The position numbers and the translations under genes were made by a program. Shown here in pieces: positions 37,723-51,930 of a DNA stretch of 64,000 bases. The stretch is from assembly GCA_973895155.1 (NCBI GenBank), contig OZ316898.1, positions 8,481,079-8,545,078 on the forward strand, read 5' to 3'. Numbering within the stretch: position 1 is the stretch's first letter; the number at the start of each line of letters is the position of its first letter. The notes under the pieces are model-generated. The model ran no database searches. It was not told the origin of the DNA and saw nothing but the letters and a program-made list of their open reading frames with translations. Origin of the DNA: Marsupella aquatica (taxonomy: Eukaryota > Plantae > Marchantiophyta).

Positions 37723-38025
37723 AGGGACCTGCACCAGGAAGGAGAGAGGATTAAATCAGGGCCACAAAGTGGACAACCAGGGGCCAAGCAGATAATAATC
37801 AGAAAGCCAATTCACTACCCACAAAACCCATCCCACCCACACACATATATTCTCCACAACATTAGGGTGTGGAAGGGGGATTGAATGGGGACCTCCTAGT
37901 TCCAGGAAAATCCCCTAGCCAATTGACCTAAGCCAATTGGTTTCTTTATTGTTTTCTATCACATTGCACTCTTTGTTGATATGTGTATCATGTTAGCTCG
38001 ACAAGAAAATATAATACCCGTATAC

Positions 38026-41000
38026 TGTTGGAGTATTTACAGTAAAGTAAACGCTTGTATTACTGAGAAATTAATGGGCTCAAGGCTTTATACCGTAGAG
38101 CCAAGTAAACAACATGACACATGGCTGCATACTATAAGATTGCATGGCCTACTGCATCCCCCATATATCGATGCATGCAACATGATTTAGTGCATACATC
38201 AAATCTAACCTACTCTATCTACTCTTCCATGTACGCAATCAACTCTAATGCGGTGCGGCTCCTATTATGGTGTGGCGCGGGCTATCAACTCAATTGCAGT
38301 GCGGCACCTATTATGGTGCGGTGCGGCTAGGCACAATTCTAAATAAACTGCTATGCTAAATAAACAACACGTAGTCTAATCAGATATTATTCTGATCGGG
38401 ACACCTCTACGTGATTATAGTGATGAATCAGATCAACATAAGTCATGCTATGTAGTGAGTCACGTACTTTCAACACTTCCATCCGAACTACAATTTCTCA
38501 GAACTAACTACCCCTATGGAAGCTCGCATCCTGCCAAACTGTTCAAAAGGAATAGCCTTGGTGAAAATATCCGCCAATTGTTGGTCCGTGGGTACATATT
38601 GGGGACAGATCTGTTGACCTTGGAATTTGTCACGGACAAAGTGATACTGGACATCTATATGCTTTGTGCGGCGATGAAATTCCGGATTCTTGATGAGCTT
38701 AATTGCACTTTGATTATCTACCATCAATGGTGTTGGAGTCTCTTGCTTCAGCTTCATCCCTTCTAGTAATGTTCTCAACCACATAGCCTCCTTGGTAGCA
38801 GTACAAGCAGACATGTACTCTGCTTCAGTTGTAGAAGTTGCAATGCAACCTTGCTTGGTACTCATCCAAGCAATTGAACCACCATTTAGCATGAAAACAA
38901 ATCCACTCGGACTGGATTTTCTAGTGTTAATGTCAGCAGCATAATCCGCATCACAAAAACCTGTCAGAATGTTTCGAGCTAAATTTGTCTCCCCTCCTAA
39001 ACATATCCCATGGTTGGCAGTACCCTTAAGATATTTAAAGATACGTTTTACCGCCTCCCAATGCTCTATACAAGTATTAGAGCAACAACGAGCAACATTG
39101 CTAACGGCATAAGCAATATCAGGTCGAGTACAAATCATTGCAAACATTAACGACCCTACTGCTTCCTGATATGGTACTTGGCCGAGTACAAATTTTTCAG
39201 ACATTCCTGTACTCAACTTAACATTGGGATCACAAGGAGTAGACACAGGGTGTGCTCTTTCCTGTCCAAACCTCTTCACAATCTCTGAGATGTATCTAGA
39301 CTGATGTAACAGAATGGTATTTGCTACTCTATCTCGGATGACTAGATATCCTACATAATTATCAGCCTCCCTATAAGTAACATCGAGTTGCTACTGAAGA
39401 TAGGATATCATGGCTCGAAGATGCTTGTGATCAGTAGAGCAAGAAAGTCCATCATCCACAAAGATATTAACAATGAGCATAGCTCTTGGTGTCGTACGTA
39501 CACACAAGAATCAGCTATGGTAGGGATCAAATCAAACATTTTCAAAAATTTGTCAAATTTCTGATTCCAAGTTCTAGAGGATTGCTTCAATCCATATAGA
39601 GACCTCTTCAATCGACATACCAGATTTTTGTTTCCCTCCTTCATGTATCCTGTTGGTTGCTCCATGTAGATGGTCTCAAGTAGTTCTCCATTCGTCTTGA
39701 TGTCAAATTGAATCATCTCCATATTTTTGTCAACAGCTATTGCAAAAGTAGTTCTTACTGAATCAAGTTTGACAACAGGTGAGAAAGTCTCATCATAATC
39801 ACTACTGGCCACTTGAGAGTAGCCTTTAGCAACTAGACGAGCTTTGTACTGATCAATTTCTCCATTCGGTTTGTGCTTGGTTTTGTATACCCACTTACAT
39901 TTGATTGCCTTGCGGTCTGGAGGCAACACACATAGCTCCCATGTGTTGTTTTGGATGAGAGCATCGATCTCTTCATTCATAGCTACATCCTTCCAGTGAG
40001 GCAATTTCCATGCATCGGTGAACTGAACAGGATCAGACTGTAAACCAGTAGAAATTTCAAGTGCCTCACTTAACCATGCCTGAGACTTCTTGCTTGTAAA
40101 CTCCACTTCATCAAATCTCTTTGGTGGGATACGTTGATCAGCAGACCTCAAAACCCGATCAGATGTACCTGCATGTGATAATCCAACTTCGTTCTGGTCT
40201 ACTTTTTCGCTAGCTCTCATGGGGCTACGTGAACCCCTACCTGAGCAGCTACCTGAACCCCAATCTGAACTTTGCTACACATTGCTTGGACTCCTAGTGA
40301 GTACAACCTCCAAACTCCCATCTTCATTGGAAATACTCTCTTGATCAACGCTAGATAGAATAGAGGTTGGACTTGATAATTTCTCATCTCCCTCTATTAC
40401 TAGATGGCGAGTCTATTGATTAAGCAGGACTTCATGAAATATTACTTCACGACTTTCTTTGATCCTATCTGAGATAGAATCCCATAATCGATAGGTTGAA
40501 GTATTTTCACAATACCCGACAAATACTAACTTACGGCTCTTCTGGTCAAGTTTCTTCCTGAACTGCTGGGGTACAAGAGTGTAGGCCTCACATCCAAACA
40601 TTCTGAAATGTGCGATAGAAGGTTTCTTCCCTCACCAAGCTTCATAGCTTGTCTTTTCTTGGAGACTCCTGGTGGGTAGACGATTCAGTGTGTGTACAGC
40701 AATGTGAATTGCCTCTGCCCATAATCGAATAGGAGTTCCAAATGCATACAACATACTTTGTGCACTCTTGATAATGGTAAGATTGTCTTGCTCAGCTCTC
40801 CCATTCTGCTCAGGTGAGTATGGTGTTGTCACCTCATGAGTGATACCAACATCTTCAAGGTATTGAGAGAAAGATTTGCTCACATATTCACCTCCCCTAT
40901 CAGTGCGAAGTGTTTTGATTTTTTGACCTATGTCTCTAAAGACCTGTTTTTCAAGCTTCTGAAAACAGGAAAAGACTTCTGACTTTTTCTTTATGAAATA

Positions 41001-42507
41001 TACATAACGGTAACCGCTATGGTCGTCTTTAAAAAGGACATAATAACAGGCTCCACCCAAACTTCTAACACTCATTGGGCCGCATACATCTGAGTGAAAG
41101 AACTCACCAGCTTGCTTAGCACGTTCATGAGAACTGGGGTTTGGGAATGTACGGCGGTGTTGTTTCCCAAGTACACATGATCCTTCACAAAATGGATCAG
41201 CAGGCTCTTTCAGCTCCGTAGGTAAACCATCTACTAGATTTTCTCTCTGCATCTTTTGTAGAGCTGGAAGGTTAGCATGACCACAATGATAGTGCCACAG
41301 CAGGATATTGTCAAGATCTGTTGTTGATGTCGTGGACATAACAGCATGTGCCTGACTAGATTGTTGAACCACCTCAAGCTGAAGTTTGTACAACTTTCCA
41401 TCTCTCCTGCCACTCAAAACCTCAACTCCACCTTCATCTTGAACACCACATCCATGTCTATGGTACGTAGTGATCATTCCATTATCAGCGGCTTGTCCAA
41501 TGGAAAACAAATTCCTCCTTAGCTTGGGAACGTAAAGAACATTCTGAAGAATACCAGAATAAACTTTACCTTATAGTCCTTTTGTGACAACTTTGATGTC
41601 TCCGCATCCTTCAACCCATAGCTGGTGGTTGTCGTCAACTTGTACTGACCATGTATGTGGCGGTACAGACCGAAATGTATGGAAATATGACCTCATGCTA
41701 GTCATGTGCTCACTTGCACCACCATCTGCATACCAAACTTTAGTATCGTTGTTGATGATGAAAGGACAGCAAAAGCAATGCTCTCAGTGGTGGAGACATT
41801 AGCTTCACTTTGTTGTGGCGTGATGTCATTGGCTGCACTCCTTCCGTTGTCGTTTGAATTGCCTTTGCTCCTACATTCTCGTGCCCAATGTCCCTTGGGA
41901 TTGTTGGAATTGGTCTTTTTCTTTTGATCAGCTATAGACCCTCTTCGGGACATTTTCTCAGTATCAGAATAGGCTCTGTTCTGATTACTGAAAAATGCCC
42001 TAGCATCATCTTGACTTACTGCCTCACCTGCCGGGTACAATGTCTCTTCCTTCAGAAGTCGACTTGTGAGCTTGTCAACTGTTTGCTGATCAGAAGGTAC
42101 ATTGTCCCAAGCTACCAACACATGTCGATACGATGCTGCAAGACTACAAATTATATTAGTGATAATTGTAGAATCAGTGACTGTCTCTCCCAAATCATTG
42201 AGCTGTCGTGCCATGGCCTCAATCTTGCTAATGTGAGTAGCCATATCATCTTCCGCCTGGAGCTTGTGCTCAAAGAATCTTTGTTGCAGCAAATGTCGAT
42301 TCTCTGCAGCATTCTGATCGTGAAGAGTACTAAGTCTTGTCCACATTTGATTAGAAGATTTACAGTTCACTAGGCGCTGTATAATCTTCTCATGAAGTGC
42401 GGCACAAATGTACATCTTCGCTGCCTTGTCCTTAGTGTTCCATTCTATAGTACTCGCTGCTGGAGCACCCGGAGCAGGCTTGGCTTCACTACATCAGGAA
42501 ATTGGTA
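38026..42507 (-). mobile_element. Degenerate Ty1/copia element 2: 3' LTR 38026-38475 plus RH-RT-IN-PR-gag, cut within gag at 42507
   Basis: LTR TGTTGG...TTCAACA; RH GFCDADYAAD/TEAEY/LADIFTK; RT YKARLVAKG/LYGLKQSSRTW; IN LRTDRGGEY/EQNGRAE; PR WYADGGASEHMT; gag. Multiple frameshifts; no 5' LTR in the window. Confidence 0.95.
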
Positions 42508-43210
42508 CCCATACTATTCAACAATGTTTCATGATGTTTTCATCACAATGTGTAAGTAGTGTTGATTTACACACAAAGTACTTCGACGATGATTCATCAT
42601 TGAAATTTTCAGCATTGAATGGGGTGTTTTGACCACAAATATTTTCCATGTTTAATCATTGTAGTGTCATCATGGATGACTTCATTACATTTTCATTGTT
42701 GATTGACATCACTTTTTATACAATGAAAATTCTGACAATGCTTAAGCATGGACTCATTGTAAAACCAACAACAATTTTCATCACATTTTCATTGTATTTT
42801 CAGCATGTGTTGAACGGGGTGTTCAACTTGGCAATAGTATCCAGTGTTCTTATGATGAATCATCATAAAATTATCATCATGGAACTAATATGGTTGTGGA
42901 GTGGACATCCATGTTGTTACATTGTTGAATCAGTATGTTAGAGTGGTTGAAAAGCTTTGATTTCAATGATATTTCATGGTGTATCCTTGAGTTATTCAAA
43001 TGGTGTCATCCATTATGCAATAAATTTTCAATGTTGTTTCCACAATGAAAAACTATATCATGAATCAATCATGGTTTTATAGTGCCATATCATGATGATT
43101 CATCATGGAATCATTGCAATATCATTGTTTTGTTAATGCGGAATTTGAAATAGATTTGCACTGTTTCATTGCCTTTATGACCATTTCAATGTCTAATCAT
43201 TGTCATTTGT
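42508..43210 (+). mobile_element. Putative left terminus and subterminal repeat region of a large CMC/Plavaka-type DNA transposon
   Basis: Abrupt switch from copia gag to CCCATACTATTCAACAATG, then ~700 bp of AT-rich CAT/ATG short direct and inverted motifs; a near-inverted copy of the first ~20 nt lies at ~42920-42938. Confidence 0.55.
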
Positions 43211-43571
43211 AGTTGGCATATTTTCACTCTTTCTCTTGTTGCGTGTAGTTCCCGTGAGTCTTCCTTAGCCACCCCTTCACCCACCCCTTCACCCACCCCT
43301 TCCTCTTCTCCCCCTTATTGTTTTGTAGTTAAAAAGTTGTTCATGGTTGAAATTATTTATGGACTATGGAAAAGACACACATGGAATGGACTCATTTTTT
43401 GGAGCCTAAATCAACGTAATAATAGAAACCAATGTAAAGCCAAACTGGGAGACATGGTCCCAATGGCAAAGCATCCCAATAAAGGGGGCAAAAAGGAAAA
43501 GTGTTCATTCAAGAATCTACAAGATGTAATCCACTATATCATGTGTAGTATGTCAACGAGTCTCCACTCAA

Positions 43572-45947
43572 CTAATCTACCAAAATAAGTAGTCTCTTCA
43601 TATCCCTATGAACCTTCTTGACCCTCTCCTCCATCTCCTGCATGCCTCTATGATGGAGGTTCATTCGGGAGGCCTCCATCACTCGGCCATCAATGGCAAG
43701 CTCAAGCTGCAAAGCAAACCACAATTAATATAAATATCAATGGGATGCTTAGTAAGAACTTTTAACAATAAATACCTTTTAACAACAAATTTTACTTACA
43801 TTATAAAGAAAAAATCCTGCTTGTCGAATGCTTATGGAAACCGGTTTTGCTTTGTCGTACCTAATGCCACTTAGAACCCGTGCTATGCTATGGTGAATAG
43901 CATGAGCCCCCCATGGGTCATAAGCATCACCATCCACATCCACCCTCCACTCCTTCGTGCGTTTCTGTTTTGCCAATCACTTTTCCACTCATTCATTTTC
44001 TCATTGTCTCCATCACGAGGCTTTGGTAAGCACAGCTGAGTGTAGAACTCTTCTCTTAATACCTTTAAAACAGAAGAAACAACCATAGTAAAAGGAGTTA
44101 GTCATTGCAAAAGGACTTGTTACTACATGGCTTGAACAAACGTAATTATAAAAAAGCGAGTTGGAGATCCGAACAAGAGTTTCTTCCGAAGAAACCTGAC
44201 GAGTATGAAGTTTCAACTAGACAAACAAAAAGTGAAGCTGTTAGCAACAAAATTGAAGCTGTTAGCAACAAAATTGAAGAAAGGGAACGCCAGGGGAGGA
44301 GCAAGCAATCAAGCAGCGGCTGCTCTTAGTGATTGAGTGGAGAGAGTCTGAATGATGATCAAGGCAAGAGAGCCTTTCTCTCGGGATGGTATGTATATAT
44401 GGATCTATGCAACCTGGTAGCAGACATACAAAAAGAATGAATGACTAAAGACGAGCAAGGCAGTGGTCGCAAATGGCCGAGAGGAGGGTCTGTTAGGGGA
44501 AGGCATGCATGAAGCAACAGCCCCGGCCCACAAATGTTAATGGGGCAAATGGTGCCTTGTTGTTGATACAAGACTGATCCCACTAAACATTCAACTCAGT
44601 AACATCTACTAGATGAATGAGCGGACATTCTAGAATATTCTAAGTTTCTCACCCAAAAGGAAGAAATACATTCAGGTCGATCTAGAAAAACAGAGATCAT
44701 AAGAAATGGACAAGGAGACCTTTGCTTACCAGGTAGCTCTCCATAATCAGCAAATAACTAGACAATGGTAAATTTGCAAAGTAACTCACCCTCAGGATGG
44801 CTCCTCTACGATCACGGATATTGTCATACACATGTATCATGATGCTGTTTTGGCCTCCCTTTCCCCACTCTATGAAAAACTGTTCCACCTCGTCCTTTTG
44901 CTCCATGGTGATGCCAAATGCCTCCAGAATTTGATGCACCAGATTAAGTTCAGTAGGGTACATAGTGCAGTGAACGTCACTTCCAATCAAAAAGGAACTC
45001 ACCACATCAGTCAACACTTTTGAAACGCACTCCCATCTACAATGTCGTGGGAGCTCTGCCACTTTCTGCAAGACACTCGTCTGGATCTTCTGCATGTTAG
45101 CAAGCGTGCGTTGATACTCAATCACTTGCTTCTTCAAGCTATCATAGTGAAGACGGTCAAATGCACCCGTAGCATCTGCCTGTCTACCACAATCACGTCC
45201 TGGAGCATCTGCCTGCCTACCACTATCACATCCTGCAGCATCTGCCTGCCTACCCCAATCACGTCCTGGAGCATCTGCCTGCCTGCCACTATCACGTCTT
45301 GGAACATCTGCCTGCATGCCACAATCACGTCCTGGGGCATCTGCCTGCCTGCCCCAATCACGTCCTGGAGCATCTGCCTGCCTGCCCCAATCACGTCCTG
45401 GAGCATATGCCTGCCTGCCACTATCATGCCCTGGAGCATCTGCTTGCATGCCACAATCATGTCCTGGAGCATCTACCTGCCTGCTAGAGTCACACAACCA
45501 ACAGAATACGTATCAAATTTTCACACTAAAACTAAAACATGTAATGAATAACACCAGAGCATAAATGTGCACACTAACACTAAATAAAATATTTGATGAG
45601 TAACATTGGCAAATATTAATAGGGAAATAATGCATGATAGCAAACCTCTCAGATGCTGAGGCTGACTGTGGATCATGTGGTCTAGTGCTTCGCTTCCTGC
45701 TCCGATCAGAACCACTTTGGCTTCCTAAACTTTTGCCATGCATGGACCTGAGGTTCCCAAACGATCGAGCAGGGCCTGGTGAGCTTCCCACTCTCTCTTC
45801 TGAAGCACATATGTCAACAATGGTCAAAGGGATCCCGGTAAGTGAATCTGGGTCTGTACTTGTATTCCTCTGGGATGACCTGATGGTCTTGTATGCTTCA
45901 TTGGGACCATTTGTGGTAAGCCTTCTCTTGAAAGGATTCATTGCCAC
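43572..45947 (-). CDS. Four-exon gene of unknown function with an 11-aa repeat; probable transposon accessory gene; one apparent frameshift
   Basis: Exons ~45947-45646, 45483-44790, 44062-43800, 43706-43572 with GT-AG junctions in matching phases; frameshift in exon 3 near 43978. Confidence 0.6.
45168..45485. repeat. 33 bp coding minisatellite, ~9-10 copies
   Basis: GGAGCATCTGCCTGCCTGCCCCAATCACGTCCT units encode RQADAPGRD(W/C/S)G on the minus strand. Confidence 0.92.
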
Positions 45948-46203
45948 ACCTTCACCACATCAATGTTATCACTTGTCAATTAACAGATACAAACCTAAAA
46001 GTACACAACCTCATAGGAACAAAAGCGCCTCATAGGAATAAAAATGTAATGCTCACTATACAAAATAGAAATTTCACTGCTGCTCAGTAGATAATCTAAT
46101 GACCAAACGGGATACTGGCAGGCAAATATATTTGATTAGCAGATTTTGCGTCAAATACATTAGGGAATAGAGAAGGGGCAAATGATGTAGAGATTGACGC
46201 ACA

Positions 46204-46692
46204 TTTCCTGAGGTGTCACAAGCACCGGCTAAGATAAAAAAAAGAACATTTGAAAGGATGTTATTTTATCAGCTCAATCATTTCATCTTGAAACAATTCT
46301 TCTGGGAAGCACATAGACGCAAAGGCCTCTTGTCAGCTTTAAGAGATCAAAATTCAGGACGTTCTACTTTCCCGGAGAAGAACTGATAGACAAATGTTTC
46401 CTGAGATGGGGTCAGAAGCACTCGCTACTACCAAGAAAGAACGCCTGAAGGGAGGCACTTTTATTAGCACAATCCTTTCATTTTGAAACAATGCTTCTGG
46501 GAAGCCCATCCTAGCAAAGGCGTCCTGTCAGCATTAAGAGATCAAATTCTGGAGGTTCTTCTTTCCGGGAGAGAACTAATGGACATTTCGTGAGATGCTA
46601 TCAAAAGCACTTGCTACTACGAAGAAAGAAGGCCTGAAGGAAGGTACTTTTATCAGCACAATCCTTTCATTTTGAAACAATGCTTCTGGGAG
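46204..46692 (+). repeat. ~190 bp tandem repeat, ~2.5 copies
   Basis: TTTCATTTTGAAACAATGCTTCTGGGA-like core at ~46281, 46476 and 46666; AAGAGATCAAA at 46340 and 46535. Confidence 0.8.
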
Positions 46693-49600
46693 ACTTCAAA
46701 TCAAAGGCAGGCAGGTTGGTTGACTGACTGACAGGCAGACTGTTTTTTGTGTCCCTGATTGCAGACAAAATACTCCTTCAATGCACAAAACCTATTTCGC
46801 TGGTAAGGATGTAAGGCCTATGTTGATTTGTTGAGAATCTCTCGATCTTGTCTACTTTGAAGACTTGTTTTGGATTTGTCTTTCGTTTAGTGCAATAAGT
46901 GCCCAATTTTGAACAGGTGAGAGTCTCCTACTCGCCGACAAAGCGGAAACCATAAACAGGGGCTCTGCAGATGATCTAATGACCAAACAGACTAAACAAA
47001 ACAGCCATGAACATACAACATGCGTACTCCACAAGACTTAACTTCTTCAGTTGGCAAAAATTTTGAATAGTCGAAGGGGCCAGAAGGTGGTTGTATCTAT
47101 TTACCCGAAGAAATTGCAGAATATTTGACCGACATTGCAATCTGAGTTTATTTTAGGGAGTTTATTTTAGGGTTTTCATCATGATTCTTCTAGCACTCTG
47201 GGATTAGCTGCTAGAAGAATAGTGTCCACCCTGGGATGGGCTGAACACTTGTAAATGAAAGCCAAAATGGTTTTAAAAGAAAACTCATTCATTAATTAGG
47301 AATTCAAACATAATCTAACAAAACCTGAATGGTTCAAGAACAGAATTACCTCCACTTGACTCACAAAGTTTTTTGTCAAACCAGCCTTGCAAGAACCTTT
47401 TGCTTTGTTTCACTCCTGCCGGTGTCGAAGTTTGTGGAACAGGTCCGGAGGCCCTTGTTTCTCTGCAGAAATGCACCCAAGACAAGGAAAAATGCAAACT
47501 CTACAAGAGGGTGCCACTTCTCACATTCGCCCGACTCCTTCTCCGCCTCTCGTCTCGCTGAATTAGCCAACTCATGCTATTTTTCTTCACGTTTGACACC
47601 CCCTCTCTATTCTCAATCCTTAACGCTTTCCACCATCCCTCTCCGTAGTGTCTGGGCACAATGTGTGCTCCTCACTCACACGCCCCACCCAACAAGCAGC
47701 AGCAATTGGCAGCATGGATTGGTTGGCGCATCCATCCACTATCCCACTGACTGCAGCCTGCTTACTCCTGCTTTACTCCTTACTACCCTCTGCTGCTTCC
47801 TCACTGTGCAGTAAACTTACTTGAATGGATTCGCCACTCTACTCAGCCCAAGACATAAAAAACAGTCAGTCATCGAACAAAACTCGAGGGAAAATATGGT
47901 TTGAGTCGATGATACAATTCTGTGAAAAAAATTTGTTCACAAGTATTCGGTGGATTGCTTCCGCAAATGAATATAGAATCGACAATTATCGAGAGCAAGG
48001 GAATTCAGGTAGACGTCATTGCTCCTCACCTAAGACGGAGGCATTGGCTGGACCATCAGGAGGTTGAGTACTCTTGCTCCACAGCGATGAGAAGCGAGGC
48101 AACTAATGATAGAGAGACGACTTTGGATTGAACGAAAGAGAGGAGGGGAGGGAAACACCAAACCTCCTTCCCTCTTCAACCTCCTTCCCCTCTCTTTGCT
48201 TTGCTCCTGTCAATCTTGAAGCAATCTGCTTTTGAACTACTGTTAGTCTGCGGCAGATAATTTCATGCCTGAGCTATGATTGATGATAGCAAGTTTCAAC
48301 AGTCACAACTCAACATTGTTCGAGCTTATCGCTGTTGCCTGGCCTTTCCTTCCTTGATTCCACGGAGCGGCCTTTGTCTATGAATTTACATCCGATGCTT
48401 CAAGTCGACAAGCTTTGAGCACATATTTTTGCAGTGTTGGGACATCTTCATAAGTCTAATGACTCCAATTATAGAAATTGAGCCATGGGATGCTCAGAAA
48501 TTGGGCAAAACCTCTTTGGCAACTGTTTTGTCACGGGAGACTTGTCGGGAGACTGTTAACAGGCTTGTCCTCCAGATCACGGACTTGTTCTCCAGATCTC
48601 ACCACCATGAGCAAGCGCTCCTTTTGTCACCTCCATGGTGACCTGCTCAAACAATGATCAGACTCCATGGCATCAACAAGATGAAATGCTCGAGAGCAAT
48701 AGCAATGTCTTTTGCGAGCCAAAAAGTAGAATTCCACAACGTAAAAGGAAGCGGTGTCCCGCATGACCTTTTCACATCAGACAAGTTTTTTGATTCATAA
48801 TGAATCAAACAAAGCATAGGAAATAGTGCAAACGCGCAGAAGGTCTAGACTTGAAACATTGTCGAAATGAACGCACTAAAATTGTCAAAAGCAAACACAT
48901 CACAATAGTATTTATCTAATAGAAATTTATCACTCAACCTGAGGTACACTTGCACAGATGATTGCATTCAGCTCAAGTTTCGAAGCATGCTTCAGCATCG
49001 ACCTGGATCATAGAGAATTGAAGCAACTACTTTGACTGGTTGGCAAATCAACAAATTAATAACACGTATGAGACCGTGTTCCACTAGCTACTTTGCACGA
49101 CTGCGGAATGCGCAGCCAGAACACAATCCTCCGAACCGTCCATACGCTAGAAAACTTGAGCGTCGTCAGGCAAGACAACAATGACGATGGACAGTTTTGT
49201 TGCAATGACAACCAAAATTGAACGCAAACAAAGTGGCGGAAAAATGAGCAGCAAAAGTTCCCTGGATTTCAACTAGCGCTTCCTTCTAAAATGTAGCACG
49301 ATGACCATACCACGCTCCAACTTGCCGTCACACCAGTGCTATTGCTCTTTTGCGGTAGATATCACCGGAGATTGCATCCTATCAAAGTTCGCAGCATCGG
49401 CAGTTCTTCACCTTCTTCCTATAATCCTCCTATGCGCTGCCCTCATACAACCCTTTGCCCTTCCATCCTTTTCTCAGCACGACCAAATGACCCTTGCGGA
49501 CATCTTTCCATGTTTTCTTCCTGAATTCTAAGACCCACATGCAATGCTATTTCTAGTGATTTCTCTTCATTGAAGACACATAGTTCAAAATGATTAGACC

Positions 49601-50724
49601 CCGCTTCAATTACAAGCCCCCTCGGTAACCATGGTAACTAACTCAGGTTAACTTTTGTCTACTTTGATGATACAATCGACAGAAACACCTAGTCAACCGC
49701 GAAGCACCAGTAGCTCAACATCCGGTGTACTTGCACCTACTCGCACGCACGTCCCTCCTGAATGGCGGTAGTCTACGTTCGAAGATTGAGGCAAGGAGCT
49801 TCTCTATATCTGCGGTGCAACTTTCTTCTTCTAAAGACTTGAAAGCTCTGGGGCTCTTCATCTCATTTAACTCCGGTCTGAACTTTCCTTCTTGCACCTT
49901 CTTTCGTAATCAAAGAATGCAGAGAAGAGAGAATAAGTCCAATGATGCGTGAAGAGATCATATAGCATTAGCGATACCCTGACTGATGCCTTCAAACAAA
50001 GGGCCAATCAGTCGTGCACCAATTGATGCTGGAGGCTCACTCTGCGATTGCAAAGCTTACGATCAGTAGTGTTGAGTACATAATTAACGCTCTTTAAGGG
50101 TGACACCCGCTCAATTTTGGTCTGTATCTCTGCGATGCATTTATTTGTAAGAGGTGCACTGGGCCATTACCAAGTCTGCACTCGAACAACAGAGTTTGCC
50201 CTTCAAACGAAGTTGGGTCGATTACCAAGTCGGAGTGGACAACAAAAGCTCCAGGTTCACTCTTCAATGGAGGCGTACTATCCGGTGATAATGTTGATTT
50301 ATCACTACATATGCACGAAACTGAACAGGATCGACGTTAATCATTCCCAGCCAGGTTCTCTAGTTCATTAGGAATGGTCCAAAAACTTATACAATGATTG
50401 TATAGGACTTGCAAAACTTGTATCCTGACCTCGTAGGAAAGGCTCAAATGACAAAGGGAGACTCATTGGGCAATGCAACCGTAGACAGTTCGTGACTGCG
50501 GTCTCCACCCTTGTGATCAAATCTTGAGCTTTGGGGAGGATTTAGTATATCAAAATCACATTGAGACTCCGAGTGAGACTAACTTAAATCAGGTCAATTG
50601 GTATTTACCATTTGCAACAATATAACAGGACCACAAGATTTGGCAATCATACCTTCTATACAGCACGGGGACTATGCCTGCTCGGTACACAACAATCTGT
50701 TGGAAAGCAGGTTGTGAGTGTTAA

Positions 50725-51420
50725 AGTGCTGCAAAGGGTAGTTGCACCAGCCACCAGCGTTGTTGGGATGCGCGTGGTTTTGGGGGCAGAAGTTGGTTGC
50801 GGTGATCTGGATAGAACGCTGGCCGTAGAGACACCATCTCTGGGAGTTGCATTTGATCTCAAAACAAGCTCCGCAACTAAGTCCATTGTCGAAGAGAGTG
50901 GTGCTCAAAGCTGTTGTGTGCGGGGCTGTGTGAGTCCCGTAACCAGTGTGGTAGAGATTCCCATATCCACATGCTCCACCTGATTTCATTTCAATCCAAA
51001 TTTACAAATTCAAGCATGTTAAGATCTTACTGAAAGCTGAGCAACCTCAGCTGGTTCTAGGCTGAAGACCGCAACTTAGAAATGACCGCTTCTTTCAATG
51101 CATCTCACAACGAGTTTCCAGGAATGAAATCTACAATTATTACTGAGAGGCTCCTACAAATACTTTAGTCCAGTCGATGTTGAATCAATGTGGTCAACCA
51201 CTAGCAGCACCTTAACCTTAATTGTAACTATAACTCACTTGCTTCTCGTAGTTTACAAAAGAAGATTTGTAAAATGCACCTTGTGTGCCTGTCGCGTCAG
51301 AGCCCCCATAGAATGTGGCATGGGCTTGTTGCAAGCCGTGTGCAGTGGTGAACATGTAACCCAGGCTCACAAGCGCCACCAAAAACAGCCTCGTTTCCCT
51401 CCCAAAACCGCACGACATCC
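50725..51420 (-). pseudogene. EXPA: Truncated alpha-expansin (exon 1 ~51420-51280, exon 2 50979-~50725)
   Basis: AHATFYGGSDATGTQG|[47 protein letters not shown] with the conserved intron 1 position; breaks off at the HFD motif, and the CBM63 domain is absent. Confidence 0.93.
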
Positions 51421-51737
51421 TGTGAGCCAGAGGAGGAAATTCAAACAAATTATTTTAAGCATGGTCGCTGACAGAGGCAAAATGTTCAAGCCAAACATGA
51501 AACGAACAATCCTGGGAGCTACGCCTCTGTCTTTATAAGAAGTCAAAATGTCGTATGTGAGTCTAGTCTTGGGTTTTGAGGAGCGGAAGTTTGAAGAGTC
51601 CTTTGAAGAGTCCCCCAAGATCTACCAATACATTGTCTCAGCTGAGATCACCTTCTCAACCTACTGTAGCAGCTCTCCTCGCGCAATGAAACCGGAGCGA
51701 AGAGATGCCCATCGGATCAAAACCAAGGGAGCCTGGC

Positions 51738-51930
51738 GCCAAGGCGGCCCGGGAGGCAAGGGGGAGCCCAGCAGCGAGGCGGCCCGGGAGGCAGCCGGGA
51801 GCCCGGCAGCAAGGCGGCCAGGGAGGCAAGGGGGGAGTCCGGCGGCAAGGCGGCCCGGGAGACAACGGGGGAGCCCCTGCAACAAGGCGGCCCGGGAGGC
51901 AAGGGGGGAGCCCCAGCTGCAAGGCGACCT
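51738..51930 (+). repeat. GC-rich ~36 bp minisatellite, ~5 copies
   Basis: CAAGGCGGCCCGGGAGGCAAGGGGGAGCCC-like units. Confidence 0.85.

Larger units (their letters stand above)
30948..38025 (+). repeat. Segmental duplication copy 2
   Basis: Colinear with 1365-4920, 10470-13009 and 23762-24518; ends exactly at the LTR of copia element 2. Confidence 0.95.

Noticed and set aside
42508-42940. Self-contained ~430 bp MITE
   Set aside because: The inverted match at ~42920-42938 lacks the terminal GGG, no TSD follows, copia gag does not resume, and similar repeats continue to ~43200.
45168-45485. CRISPR-like array of 33 bp repeats
   Set aside because: The units are contiguous with no unique spacers, lie in a eukaryotic exon, and have no cas genes nearby.
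47300-50400. Additional genes among the short ORFs
   Set aside because: No recognisable motifs or consistent exon chains; these may be decayed fragments but cannot be supported by eye.
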